Below, one piece after another: positions 44,172 through 54,325 of a DNA stretch of 64,000 nucleotides. The notes beneath the pieces were generated by a model. It saw only the letters and a list, made by a program, of their open reading frames with translations. It searched no databases and was not told the DNA's origin. The stretch is taken from the IMG/VR virus record IMGVR_UViG_3300045988_117002; one strand, given 5' to 3'. The stretch is from a virus. The position numbers and the translations under genes are program-made. Within the stretch, counting starts at the first letter, position 1. The number at the start of each line of letters is the position of its first letter.

Positions 44172-45425
44172 TTGTCAGATGAACACTCATTTGAGGTTTT
44201 CATAGGACTCAGCGCACATAAACTGAACGCTCGTAAAATGAATATGGGGGTGAGAATCATTAATAAAAACACAAATAATTATAAAGTGTATATACATACT
44301 AACATATTAAATAATAAGAAATATATTGGTATAACAAAAACATCAGAAAGAGAAAGATGGAATAACGGAAATGGTTATCATAAAAATCAAAAATTCTATA
44401 AAGATATTCAAAAATATGGTTGGGTTGATGGATTCACTCATGAGATCATACAAGACAATTTATCATATAGTGAAGCAAGGCGTTTAGAGAAGTATTATAT
44501 ATCAAAATATAATTCTGTTTCAAATGGATATAACAATGAAAATTTTAATTTAAGTGGATCTTTACAATTTGATTTTGATAATTTCATTCCAATAGATAAT
44601 CCTGATGGAGAAATAAATAATAACAAGGAATATTTTACAAGAGTACCAAATGAATTTATACAAATTGATATTAGAAAGAAATATAATCTTCACAGAATAT
44701 TTTATGTTGTATATATTCTTATTGATAAACATAGAAGTTACGAGGATAAATCATACATTGTAATTTCAGAAATATTTGATTTATGTGGTTATAAACTTGG
44801 TAAAAATAAACCAAAGGTATTTTATGAAATTATAAAATGTTTACTATTCTTAAATGAAAGTAACATGATTAGAATTACATCTAATTTTGATATTTACGCC
44901 GTTGGATATACTGATTGTATTCAAATGGATATTATATCTTCTAATTTTGACGCAACAGATAAATTCTCAAAAATTACATCTTCGCAACTTGACTTCATAA
45001 TGATGAGTGAATTAAGTATTAACAAAGAGAATATATTAATGGCATTCCTTTATATCAATTCTTATATTTTCATTCGTCCAAAGAATAAAAATAATGAAGA
45101 AATAATAAGTGATCCGAAATCTAAACCAGAAGCATTTTTTCGCAGCATGGAAAGTATGGCAAAAGAATTGGCAATTTCAAAAGATACATTAAATCAATGT
45201 ATTCAATGTTTAACTTCTTCTAGCGAAAACCAAAAACCTCTTTTGATAAAAAGAGAAGTAGGTAGTATACAACCAGATCCTAAAAAGCCACCACAAAATG
45301 TTCCAAATATCTATGTACTTAATAAAGAAGGATATGAACAAGAAATTGAATGGGCTATTTTAAAGATGCTAGAAGTATATAATGTAGATTCATTTGGAGA
45401 ATTAACAGGTAAGGATGTGAAATAA
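44172..45425 (+). CDS. GIY-YIG nuclease domain fused to a C-terminal putative winged-helix DNA-binding region
   Basis: YKVYIHTNILNNKKYIGITKTS..RW.NGNGY...FYKDIQKYGW..FTHEII...SYSEARRLEKYYISKYNS is a textbook GIY-YIG domain. The start is uncertain: TTG 44172, or ATG 44238/44244 just before the domain. Confidence 0.8.
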   Translation: MSDEHSFEVFIGLSAHKLNARKMNMGVRIINKNTNNYKVYIHTNILNNKKYIGITKTSERERWNNGNGYHKNQKFYKDIQKYGWVDGFTHEIIQDNLSYSEARRLEKYYISKYNSVSNGYNNENFNLSGSLQFDFDNFIPIDNPDGEINNNKEYFTRVPNEFIQIDIRKKYNLHRIFYVVYILIDKHRSYEDKSYIVISEIFDLCGYKLGKNKPKVFYEIIKCLLFLNESNMIRITSNFDIYAVGYTDCIQMDIISSNFDATDKFSKITSSQLDFIMMSELSINKENILMAFLYINSYIFIRPKNKNNEEIISDPKSKPEAFFRSMESMAKELAISKDTLNQCIQCLTSSSENQKPLLIKREVGSIQPDPKKPPQNVPNIYVLNKEGYEQEIEWAILKMLEVYNVDSFGELTGKDVK

Positions 45426-45563
45426 ATTTGACGGATAGAAAGGACGTTGATGATACACATGATTGAATAAATAAAAAAGAGAATATACATATATAACTAT
45501 TAACCAGTATCACAAAAAGGAGTGATGCAATTATGAATTTTAAATCAAAGGAGAACATTAAAT

Positions 45564-45806
45564 ATGACAGAAACAGAAAACAGAAAAAACCATGAATACA
45601 GCTATAACAAATATTATACTATGCCAAGCAGAGAAGAATTACATAGAGGATATAGTGGTTGGTTAAACAATGCGGATTTCATTATGTCAAGAGGAAATAA
45701 TCAAAAACAATCCAGAATTGCGGAAAAAATTGCATCCGATTGGCGATTAGATGAACAATTTCATAAAAATATTATTAGTAAAGAAAGAGAGAAAAACAAT
45801 GACTGA
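45564..45806 (+). CDS. hypothetical protein
   Basis: 80-aa ORF; AAAGGAGAA RBS. Confidence 0.55.
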   Translation: MTETENRKNHEYSYNKYYTMPSREELHRGYSGWLNNADFIMSRGNNQKQSRIAEKIASDWRLDEQFHKNIISKEREKNND

Positions 45807-46116
45807 AAGAAATTTTGATAACAATAATGAAAATTGTATTGAATTCCTATCTGGTGAACGATATGCCGTTGCAACTTTTACAAACAGGAAACATATCACT
45901 CGTTTGAAGAAAATTTATGCTGAAAGAAAAGATGAGATTAAATACTTTAGAGAAAATAAAGATGGTAGTATTTGTGTGAAATTTCCTCTTAAATGGGTAA
46001 AGATAAATCCTGGCTCTATACCTGATCCAAATAAACCCAAAAAAGTATTAACAGAAGAACAAAAGGAAAAATTGATACAGAATTTGCAAAAATATCGTGA
46101 GTCTAAAAAGAAATAG
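45799..46116 (+). CDS. hypothetical protein
   Basis: ATG at 45799 (MTERNFDNN...) overlaps the upstream stop by 8 nt. The track's longer start (45751) is unnecessary. Confidence 0.55.
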   Translation: MTERNFDNNNENCIEFLSGERYAVATFTNRKHITRLKKIYAERKDEIKYFRENKDGSICVKFPLKWVKINPGSIPDPNKPKKVLTEEQKEKLIQNLQKYRESKKK

Positions 46117-46283
46117 TATATACCACTACTCTCTTATGTTCAGTTTATCGTAAAATTATAAAGAAATGATAGTCAAATTTCAATTCTACGGTATCTATGG
46201 TTAAGTTGTTCCACCTACAACTTAAAATCGAAATTTACCCAAAATTTATCAATATATATTGAGAATAATTAAATAAGGAAAAT

Positions 46284-46727
46284 ATGATGAGAAAAATGGA
46301 TTACAAATATTTCTCAAAAGCCAAGCAGATTGCACAGGTGTCTGATTTCCCAAAGGTACATATTGGATGTATCGCTGTTTATCAGAATCGCATTATCGGA
46401 ATTGGTTGTAATACAAATAAAACTCACCCTACCCAGAAGTATTATAACCGATACAGAATAGATGACAACGATTTTGATAATTCTGAATCACTTCTACCAA
46501 AACTCCACGCAGAAATAAATTGTATAAATCAACTGAAACATTTGAATATTAATTTTTCAAAAGTCAAGTTGTACATATATCGCACTAGAAAAGATATTGT
46601 GTGTGGAATGGCTAGACCTTGTGCAAGCTGTATGCAAGCGATAAAGGATCTTGGAATTAGAGAAATATATTATACAACAAATGATGGTTATTCATATGAA
46701 AAGTTAGAGAAAGGATGTGTTGCTTAA
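46284..46727 (+). CDS. dCMP (deoxycytidylate) deaminase
   Basis: Zinc-binding CDA signature LHAEINCI ... ARPCASCMQAI; size and layout match ComEB/T4-Cd-type deaminases. Confidence 0.85.
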   Translation: MMRKMDYKYFSKAKQIAQVSDFPKVHIGCIAVYQNRIIGIGCNTNKTHPTQKYYNRYRIDDNDFDNSESLLPKLHAEINCINQLKHLNINFSKVKLYIYRTRKDIVCGMARPCASCMQAIKDLGIREIYYTTNDGYSYEKLEKGCVA

Positions 46728-46948
46728 TGGTGTGCGCAGGTTGCCACATGAGTTATTGTCCGTCAACGTATCCTAACTATATTCCTGAGAATGTAACTCA
46801 CTACTGCTCTATTTGCGGTAATGGAATTTACAATGGAGAAGAATTTATAAGGAATGATGGTGATTATGCTCATTGGGAATGTATTGACGGAAAGAATGAC
46901 TTAGCTGAATGGTTAAATTATGAGATTGGAATTATGGAGGAAAATTAA
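46727..46948 (+). CDS. small Cys-rich protein
   Basis: TAATG overlap with the deaminase stop. MVCAGCHMSYC...YCSICGNG...HWEC. Confidence 0.5.
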   Translation: MVCAGCHMSYCPSTYPNYIPENVTHYCSICGNGIYNGEEFIRNDGDYAHWECIDGKNDLAEWLNYEIGIMEEN

Positions 46949-46949
46949 A

Positions 46950-47387
46950 ATGGGAAGTAAATATTATTGTAACGATTGTGGAGAAATTTACGATAGCTCT
47001 TTATTAAGAACTGATTTATATAGTGCGTATGATATGCCTTGTCCTAAAGCAGGATGCAATGGATCAATGTATGAAGTAGATGAATTAATGTTACCAATAA
47101 TTAAAATTTTGAATGAAAAAGGGTATACAACCAAGTTTTGTTGTTCTGGTCATTATTATCATAGTCCTTCTAGTGGATATTTATGGTTTGAAGAATGGGT
47201 TGAATTACCGAATTTACCAGAAGGATTTTCAATTGATAAAAATACAGAAGTTGGAATTTGTATTCGCCCCACAAGAGCATTTGATAAAAATCATTATGAA
47301 TCTACGGACAAAGATTTTAGCATTATTTGTGACGAAGCAAAGTCTTTATTTGAATGGGCGGTAAATCTCCCAGAAGTGGATTATTAA
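46950..47387 (+). CDS. zinc-ribbon-containing hypothetical protein
   Basis: ATG at 46950 after GGAGGAAAA. YYCNDCGEIY...CPKAGCNG, later FCCSGHYYH. Confidence 0.55.
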   Translation: MGSKYYCNDCGEIYDSSLLRTDLYSAYDMPCPKAGCNGSMYEVDELMLPIIKILNEKGYTTKFCCSGHYYHSPSSGYLWFEEWVELPNLPEGFSIDKNTEVGICIRPTRAFDKNHYESTDKDFSIICDEAKSLFEWAVNLPEVDY

Positions 47388-47445
47388 TTGGGGGTGAGTT
47401 GTCATTAGTGAATATGGAATTAAGATAAAAAATATAAGTGCAGGT

Positions 47446-50169
47446 ATGTTATATGATGTAAACTTAGGAATTAGAGATTATTTTACATATACTGATGCAA
47501 TGTTAAATAATAGTTTATTTAGTTTTTTTCTTAAAAATAATGGGTTGAAAATTCATAAAAGTAAAAATAAAAAAAATGAAAGCACACGTGATATTATTTG
47601 TTTAGATTATGAATTCGGCAGTCGCTCATATGAAGAAGAAAAACAACGACTTGAAAAATTATTCAAAAATTCTGATGACATTTCTAAAGAACGAATAAAA
47701 AATACACTTCAAAAAGTAGAGTCTCAAAAAGATTTATATTCCCCTAAAAAACGTGATGAAATTCGTGAATATTTTTATGAAAATGGTGTTGATGTAACTT
47801 ATAGACGAAAATCACATAATGAAACTATTGAAGAGGAAACAATTCATTATGAAATGTTATTTCGGACAAGTGCAAAAGCTAAATTGGGACAAGTAATTTT
47901 TATTAATAGTAAATTATATGATATTGCTTATGATTGGTTAACAATTGGACTTGGTAAGAAAATGCAATATGATAATGCAAAAATTGTGGAAATGTCAGCA
48001 TATGCACCTCTCACTACATCTACTATTGTTGGAACAATTTATATTCCGGTTGAAGATATTTTAATTTTAAAAGATCAAGATTCATTTTTTAAAACAATTG
48101 CAAATGTGGTAAAAGCTGAAGAATATGTTGATAAAAATAAAAAGACTCAAAAGAAATGTATTGTGTCAAAAGAAGAACGAGAAGTAAAAAACACTATTTG
48201 GGATGGAATGGCATTAATTGAAGCTGATGCTAAATATTTAAAACTTCCTTCTTTTGTTAATGGAATGGCATTATTGAGACAACATTTGTTTAAAGCATGT
48301 AGTTTTAAAGCATATTTACAATTATTTTTTCAACAATGGTGTAGAGAAAATGGACATGATTATAATACATACAGAGTTCAAGATATGTTTGGCAAATGGC
48401 ATTATCTAAAAGATATTAAAATGATTACTACTGATAATGCAATTAAATGGAAAAAATTTGCGGATTTAATGGGGAATAACTTAACAGAAGCATATGAATA
48501 TTGGTGTGATAAAATTCGTGCAGATAAAAATGTTTGGGGAATTGTAAAAACAGACCACCCAAGTAAACTTGGAGAATATCAACAACTTAGTTATCAAATG
48601 ATAAATACCCTTCCTTGTACAAGTGATGATGTTAAAGATATTGCAAAAATAAGCATTGATTATATAGAAACACTAAAACAAAATAATGATGAGTTTGAAA
48701 AGTTTCTTAGAAAAAACGCAAATGAAGTAAATCATTATGAAATGTTAGCTGATTTATATGCACAAAACCATAATTTTGGAAATAGTAAATTTTTTAGATA
48801 TGAAAAAAAAGAAATTATTAAGCAATATGTTTTTCGTATGAGAAAAGGAAAGATTATGGTAAACGGTGATAATCTTACTGTATGTGGTAATCCATATGCA
48901 TTACTACTTTATTCGGTTGGTGAAAATTTTGAAAAAGATCCTTGCTTTAGTCAAGAATTTGGAACTATACAATGTTATACAAAACGTTTTGGTAACAATG
49001 AGTATCTAGCAGCATTTCGTAATCCACATAATTCCCCAAATAATGTTTGTTATTTACATAATGTATATTCTAATGAAATGGAAAAATATTTTCCATTTAG
49101 CAAAAACATTATTGCTATAAATTGTATTCGTACTGATATTCAAGATAGAGCTAACGGGATGGATGAAGATTCGGATTTTATGTTAGTTACAAATCAGCCA
49201 ACAATTGTGAGATGTGCAAAAGAATGTTATGAAAATTTCCCGACTATTGTAAATGCTTTAAAAGAATCTGGAATCACATATACAAATAGTAAAAAAGATT
49301 ATGCCGCGATGGATAATAAGTTTTCAAAATCACGTATGGGAATTGGATATTCAAGCAACCTAGCGCAATTGGCAATGACGTATTATTGGACGGAAAAGCA
49401 TAAAGAAGATCCAGATAAATCACGTTTAAAAGAATTATATGATAATTTTATTATTCTATCAGTTCTTGCGCAAGTTATTATTGATGGATGTAAACGAGAA
49501 TATGAAATTGATAGTAATAAAGAAATTGATCGTATAAGTAAGCTTCAATGTATGTCTATGAAAAAATTAATAGGATATACTTCGACTGGTAAATCAAAAT
49601 ATCAAAAATGTGATTTTCCAGAATTTATGAAATACACAAGAGAGATCAAATATACTAAAGATGGAAAAGAACTACCTCAAGAAGAAATAAATGAATCAAA
49701 AAACAAATTAAAAAATCGCATCAATGATAATTTATTATGTCCTATGAATTGGCTTGAAAAATGGCTTGATAAAATACAGCATGCTACTACTTCTGATGCA
49801 TATGAAACTTCTAAGTTTTTTATTAAAATGTCAGGTGATGCAAATAGAAGACAAATGACAAAAATAATGAAAATAATTGAAGATTATGATTCATGTATTA
49901 AAATTGTAAAAGCTAATTCAAAAAACAATGATGAATATGTAAAATTTATAATTGAGAAAAATGAAGAAATTATAAATGAATTATCTAAAATGAAAATCAA
50001 AAACATTGTTACTATAAATAGACTTATAGAGCTTGCACTTGGACTAAGTTCTGAAAAAGGTGCTTCTAAATCCAGAACATATAATCCAGAAAAATACAAA
50101 AGAAAAATATTGAATCTATTGTACAAAATTGACAAAAATAGATTTTTAGCTAATTTTTCTTGTGAATAA
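47446..50169 (+). CDS. YonO-like single-subunit RNA polymerase candidate (two-barrel, RdRP-related)
   Basis: 907-aa ORF. AAFRNPHNSPNNVCYLHNV...(32 aa)...RANGMDEDSDFMLV (D573/D575/D577, nt 49162-49176) mirrors the RNPxxxPGD...GGDLDGD block of cellular RdRPs/YonO and the NADFDGD loop of beta-prime. HU gene nearby, as in SPbeta. The frame is open back to 47398, with GGGGGTGAG and an in-frame ATT at 47404, so the true start may be non-canonical. Confidence 0.6.
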   Translation: MLYDVNLGIRDYFTYTDAMLNNSLFSFFLKNNGLKIHKSKNKKNESTRDIICLDYEFGSRSYEEEKQRLEKLFKNSDDISKERIKNTLQKVESQKDLYSPKKRDEIREYFYENGVDVTYRRKSHNETIEEETIHYEMLFRTSAKAKLGQVIFINSKLYDIAYDWLTIGLGKKMQYDNAKIVEMSAYAPLTTSTIVGTIYIPVEDILILKDQDSFFKTIANVVKAEEYVDKNKKTQKKCIVSKEEREVKNTIWDGMALIEADAKYLKLPSFVNGMALLRQHLFKACSFKAYLQLFFQQWCRENGHDYNTYRVQDMFGKWHYLKDIKMITTDNAIKWKKFADLMGNNLTEAYEYWCDKIRADKNVWGIVKTDHPSKLGEYQQLSYQMINTLPCTSDDVKDIAKISIDYIETLKQNNDEFEKFLRKNANEVNHYEMLADLYAQNHNFGNSKFFRYEKKEIIKQYVFRMRKGKIMVNGDNLTVCGNPYALLLYSVGENFEKDPCFSQEFGTIQCYTKRFGNNEYLAAFRNPHNSPNNVCYLHNVYSNEMEKYFPFSKNIIAINCIRTDIQDRANGMDEDSDFMLVTNQPTIVRCAKECYENFPTIVNALKESGITYTNSKKDYAAMDNKFSKSRMGIGYSSNLAQLAMTYYWTEKHKEDPDKSRLKELYDNFIILSVLAQVIIDGCKREYEIDSNKEIDRISKLQCMSMKKLIGYTSTGKSKYQKCDFPEFMKYTREIKYTKDGKELPQEEINESKNKLKNRINDNLLCPMNWLEKWLDKIQHATTSDAYETSKFFIKMSGDANRRQMTKIMKIIEDYDSCIKIVKANSKNNDEYVKFIIEKNEEIINELSKMKIKNIVTINRLIELALGLSSEKGASKSRTYNPEKYKRKILNLLYKIDKNRFLANFSCE

Positions 50170-50421
50170 TGCACCAAAATTACACGATTAAATTGTTAAA
50201 AACGCCTGGAAGTGTCTATTTTATTGAATTTTTAAGCTATACTTATAGGGTGTAATATGGAGAGAGAAAACGCAAAATTGTGTGAGTAGGCTTCCACGCT
50301 ATTGCCAATGCGTGTAATTAAATATGGACTTGCAAGTTTAAAAGTATACTAGGGGCAGACGTAGTATTATCTGCCCTGAAACAAAATAATTAAATGATTA
50401 GTTAAAAAGGAGAATCAGTAC

Positions 50422-51033
50422 ATGATTTTAAAAGAAGCATATCGCTATCAGAACTTTCTTACAAACCTTATTAGCAATGCACAGACATATCTTGGAAGTG
50501 GATCATTTGTCATGACAACTACTCAAAGACATATGAAAAGCAAAGCTAATCCAGAAGCAACTGATGATGATTTGGAAGTTCCAAAATCTTATAATGTAGA
50601 TTTCACACCAATTCAATTAGTTGATTTCCTAATGGATACAATTCAAGAAAAGCAAAAGTTGTCTGATGCTATCGCAGAAGCTAAGAAAAATACTGAGATT
50701 GATTTGGATTCTTCTTATGCTATGAATAAAACAAAACAGAGCCTTGCTAAAGTCTTCAAGACGATGGCTGGTAGAAAAGCTACTGAGACTGAAAAGCAAG
50801 GTCGAGATTATAGATTCAATGTCAACCAGGAGCAGGTTGCTTATACATACACTATCAAAGAAGTTACCAAACTTGACTATGATAGAAATGTGGTCAAAGC
50901 ACTTGCAAAGAAATTAGCAAAAGAAACAGATGAAGTTTCAACTAAACTTGATCAGCTTGAGCTTACTACTCTTGTTGACCATGAACCTAAGTATGATATG
51001 AATGATACACTTGAAGATATTGTGGTGAAGTAA
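50422..51033 (+). CDS. hypothetical protein
   Basis: 203-aa ORF; AAAAGGAGAA RBS. Confidence 0.6.
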   Translation: MILKEAYRYQNFLTNLISNAQTYLGSGSFVMTTTQRHMKSKANPEATDDDLEVPKSYNVDFTPIQLVDFLMDTIQEKQKLSDAIAEAKKNTEIDLDSSYAMNKTKQSLAKVFKTMAGRKATETEKQGRDYRFNVNQEQVAYTYTIKEVTKLDYDRNVVKALAKKLAKETDEVSTKLDQLELTTLVDHEPKYDMNDTLEDIVVK

Positions 51034-51865
51034 AATTCACCACTACTCTTCTATTCGGATATTTACAAGAGACTAAGATTGATTCGTAATGGTCAATCGG
51101 TTCAGATGCAGATGAACTGTGATGCTGCGAGGTAGATGATAATACCAGAATTGTCATAATTAAAATTTAAAAAAGAATATGTCATACATATTATTATAGA
51201 TATTATTGGGTAAGTATAAGTTATACTTAACATTGGAAATTTAAGAAAAATCAAGATGATTCGTTAATCAACATTACGTTTCATTAATGCGAAAATACAA
51301 GATTTCATTATTTCGATATTCCAACAATTTGTAAATTCGATAAAACAATATACGTTTCGTTAATATTAATTCTTAAAAGAATATATCGGGCGAAAAGCCT
51401 AAACATTTGAAGGGACGAATTATTCAAATTCGATCGAAACATTTGTGTTTCAGATGAAATTAAAAGGTTTTGTGCAATTTTTGTACAGATTTTTAGCAAA
51501 TTGGTTGAGATTATGGAGAAATCTTAGTCTGTTTTATGTATTCGAATGGATGTTAGTTTTACTACGGTATATTTTGATGCCGAAGAGTGAGAACTTAGTT
51601 ACTCACTAAAATCTATGTTTTAAAAAAATAGATACAAAACTTATGAATATCCGAATAGAAATACAGTTATAATTAATTTTGCGATTAATTGGTATAGTAA
51701 TCGGTGGTTGCACTGTTGTTTCGCCTTTCTTTTAACGGTGCAATCGCTGGTTTTCTTTTGATTATAATAAGAAAGCTGAGTCGTGATATTTGAGCCGAGA
51801 GGTGAATGATATGTAAAGTAAATTTTTGATTAAAAGATAATTAGACTATTTGAAAAGACAGATAT

Positions 51866-51950
51866 GGCAACGTGGCAGAATTGGCAAATGCTCCTGACTT
51901 GAAATCAGTGAACCCGAAAGGGTATGTGGGATCGAAACCTACCGTTGTCG
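51866..51950 (+). tRNA. type-II tRNA-Ser (anticodon TGA)
   Basis: Hand fold: acceptor GGCAACG/CGTTGTC (one G.U), 3-bp D stem GCA/TGC, anticodon loop CTTGAAA, long variable arm ACCC-GAAA-GGGT, T arm GTGGG-ATCGAAA-CCTAC, discriminator G. Atypical A at position 54 and a 27-43 mismatch. Confidence 0.65.
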
Positions 51951-52019
51951 TTACTCTCCTACTTGGAGAAATAAATGCAAAGGACGTGAATTGTTATAAA
52001 AGCAATTAGTAAAAAAGAA

Positions 52020-52172
52020 ATGGAATACCTTATGAAGAAAGGCTTTAAGTTCCATGAAGACATTTTTAAGACATATAGTGGTAAGAATAAATACTACTAT
52101 AGAGAATGCAATGCTATTAATAAGACATTAGATGATTACCATAATGGATTAAATGTTGTGGAATATAAATGA
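52020..52172 (+). CDS. hypothetical protein (50 aa)
   Basis: Hand translation MEYLMKKGFKFHEDIFKTYSGKNKYYYRECNAINKTLDDYHNGLNVVEYK. ATGA overlap with the next gene. Confidence 0.4.
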   Translation: MEYLMKKGFKFHEDIFKTYSGKNKYYYRECNAINKTLDDYHNGLNVVEYK

Positions 52173-53649
52173 CAGAAAAGAAAGATAAAATATATAGGAA
52201 AGGTGGTAAGTTACCATCGGAAAGAAAAAGAAAAACAGTGTTAAAATATCATTTATAGACTCACCATCATCAGAAGATGTTACAGGGAGTCTTATTTATA
52301 TTTCAACACAGAATCATCGAATTTTAGTTGATTGTGGCTTACATCAGACAAATGACAAGTATAAAGATTTTTTGGTAAACAATCGTAAATATAAAGAATT
52401 TAAACCAAAGGACATTGATTTTGTATTTATCACTCACAATCATGGGGATCACTGCTTGTTATTACCGAAATTATATAAAGAAGGATGTAGAGCTGCCACT
52501 ATTGTTTCAGAAGGATCAAAGCAAGTTTTGAAAGATATGGCAATTGATTCTGCTTTAATTAGTGAAAGAGACATATTGGTTATCAATTCTCAGAATAATA
52601 AGAATTATTCACCACTTTATTCTATAGAAGATGTAAACAAAATGTTGGAATATACACTAGAGAAACCAACAAATGAAAAAATTATCATTGATGATGAATT
52701 AGCTTTTGAATTAATTCCAAGTGGTCATCTTCTTGGAAGTTGTCAAGTGAAATTATATTTTACTGTTGATGGACTAACAAAAACCTGTTTAGTTACAGGA
52801 GATTTAGGAAATAAGATAATTCATAATAGATTTGTTGGTGAGTATCAACAAGTAGATTATGCTGATGTTGTTATTGGAGAATCAACATACGGAGATAGAC
52901 CTGATTTAAAAACTGGACTTAAAGAACGAAAAAATGATTTAGAAAAATTTAAAGCAATTATAGAAACACAAGTTCATGAAATGAAAGGACGGGTTGTTAT
53001 CCCAAGTTTTGCGCAATCAAGACTTCAACAACTTGTACTGATGATTTATGAAATGTATAAAGATTCTCAATGGAAACCAAAAGTGTATATAGATTCACCA
53101 TTGTCTATTAAGATTTTTGATGATTATGAAGAATGCTTAACAGGTGAAGATAAAAAACTTTTTGATGAAATGATTCAAGATAAGATATTTACTTTTGTAA
53201 AAGAATCCGAAGACAGTAAAGCACTTGTACAAAGTAATGAACCTTGTGTAATTTTATCAACCAGTGGCATGTGCATGGTCGGCAGAATCAGGCATCATTT
53301 AAAAAAATGTATTCCAAATCCTAATGCTACGATGCTTTTTGTGGGGTTCAGTACAGATGGAAGCCTTGCTTCACTTTTAAAAGACAATAAACGTAAGTCT
53401 GTTACTATTGATCAGAAAGAATATCCGTGTAGATGTGCTTCTTATTCATTAAAATCAATGAGTGGACACGCACCATTCTGGCAGCTGATAGATAATTATA
53501 CAAAAATTAATAGTCAAAAAATTGTTTTACATCATGGTTCTAAACAAGCAAAAGAAACATTAAAAATTGCTCTTGAAAAAGAATTAGAGAAGCAATGTAA
53601 GTCAACAAGAGTTGTAATCGCAAACTCAAGTTTAAAATTTACATTATAA
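52169..53649 (+). CDS. beta-CASP metallo-beta-lactamase-fold nuclease (frame break in an A-rich tract near 52221-52236)
   Basis: ITHNHGDHC (HxHxDH). The N-terminal MBL strand ISFIDSPSSEDVTGSLIYISTQNHRILVDCGLHQ lies upstream of the track's TTG start in the same frame but has no start codon. An ATG-led ORF (52169, MTEKKDKIYRKGGKLPSERKRKT..) lies one frame away and meets it in GAAAGAAAAAGAAAAAC. Confidence 0.75.
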
Positions 53650-53680
53650 AAATATTACGAAAATCGAGGTATTACAGCCT

Positions 53681-54325
53681 ATGACAAATAAAAAAAAAGC
53701 AGATACAGCATATCTTGATATTGCTATTCCACAAAATGCAGAAAACCTTCAATTACCAGATCCATCTCTACTTCAATTTTATAAAAATTACGAAAATAGA
53801 ATAATCTGGATTGACGATGAGATTACTACTATGACATTGGAATACGCAAAAATGATTATGCAATGGAATTTTGAAGATAAACAAAAGAATATTCCTATTA
53901 ATGAGCGTACTAAAATTAAAGTTGTATTCTTTAGTCCTGGTGGAGATTTAGAAGTAAATAATTGTCTTGTTGATACAATCTCACTTAGTCAAACTCCTGT
54001 CGTTGGAGTAAATGTCGGTATGGCGGCTTCAAGTGGATGTTTTATTTATCTTGCTTGTCATGAACGACTAACTCTACCTTCTGCTGAATTCCTCATTCAT
54101 AAAGGAGCAGGACAATTTAGTGGTTCTTATAATGATGTAGTTGCTGCTATTTTAAATTATCAAAGACAAATTGATGAACTTGGTAAATTTGTATTATCCA
54201 GAACAAATATACCAGAAGATATATTCTATGAAAACTTTGAAAATGACTGGTATTTATCTGCAAAAGAAGCTATCGAGTACAAAGTAGCAGATAGAATTAT
54301 TAAAAGTTTAGACGAAATTATCTAG
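53681..54325 (+). CDS. ClpP-family serine protease
   Basis: FFSPGGDLEVNNCLVDTI...VGMAASSGCFIYLACHERLTLPSAEFLIHK...WYLSAKEAIEYKVADRII parallels E. coli ClpP GQAASMGAFLL..R..LPNSRVMIHQP...FMSAPEAVEYGLVDSIL (Ser and His in place). Confidence 0.85.
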   Translation: MTNKKKADTAYLDIAIPQNAENLQLPDPSLLQFYKNYENRIIWIDDEITTMTLEYAKMIMQWNFEDKQKNIPINERTKIKVVFFSPGGDLEVNNCLVDTISLSQTPVVGVNVGMAASSGCFIYLACHERLTLPSAEFLIHKGAGQFSGSYNDVVAAILNYQRQIDELGKFVLSRTNIPEDIFYENFENDWYLSAKEAIEYKVADRIIKSLDEII

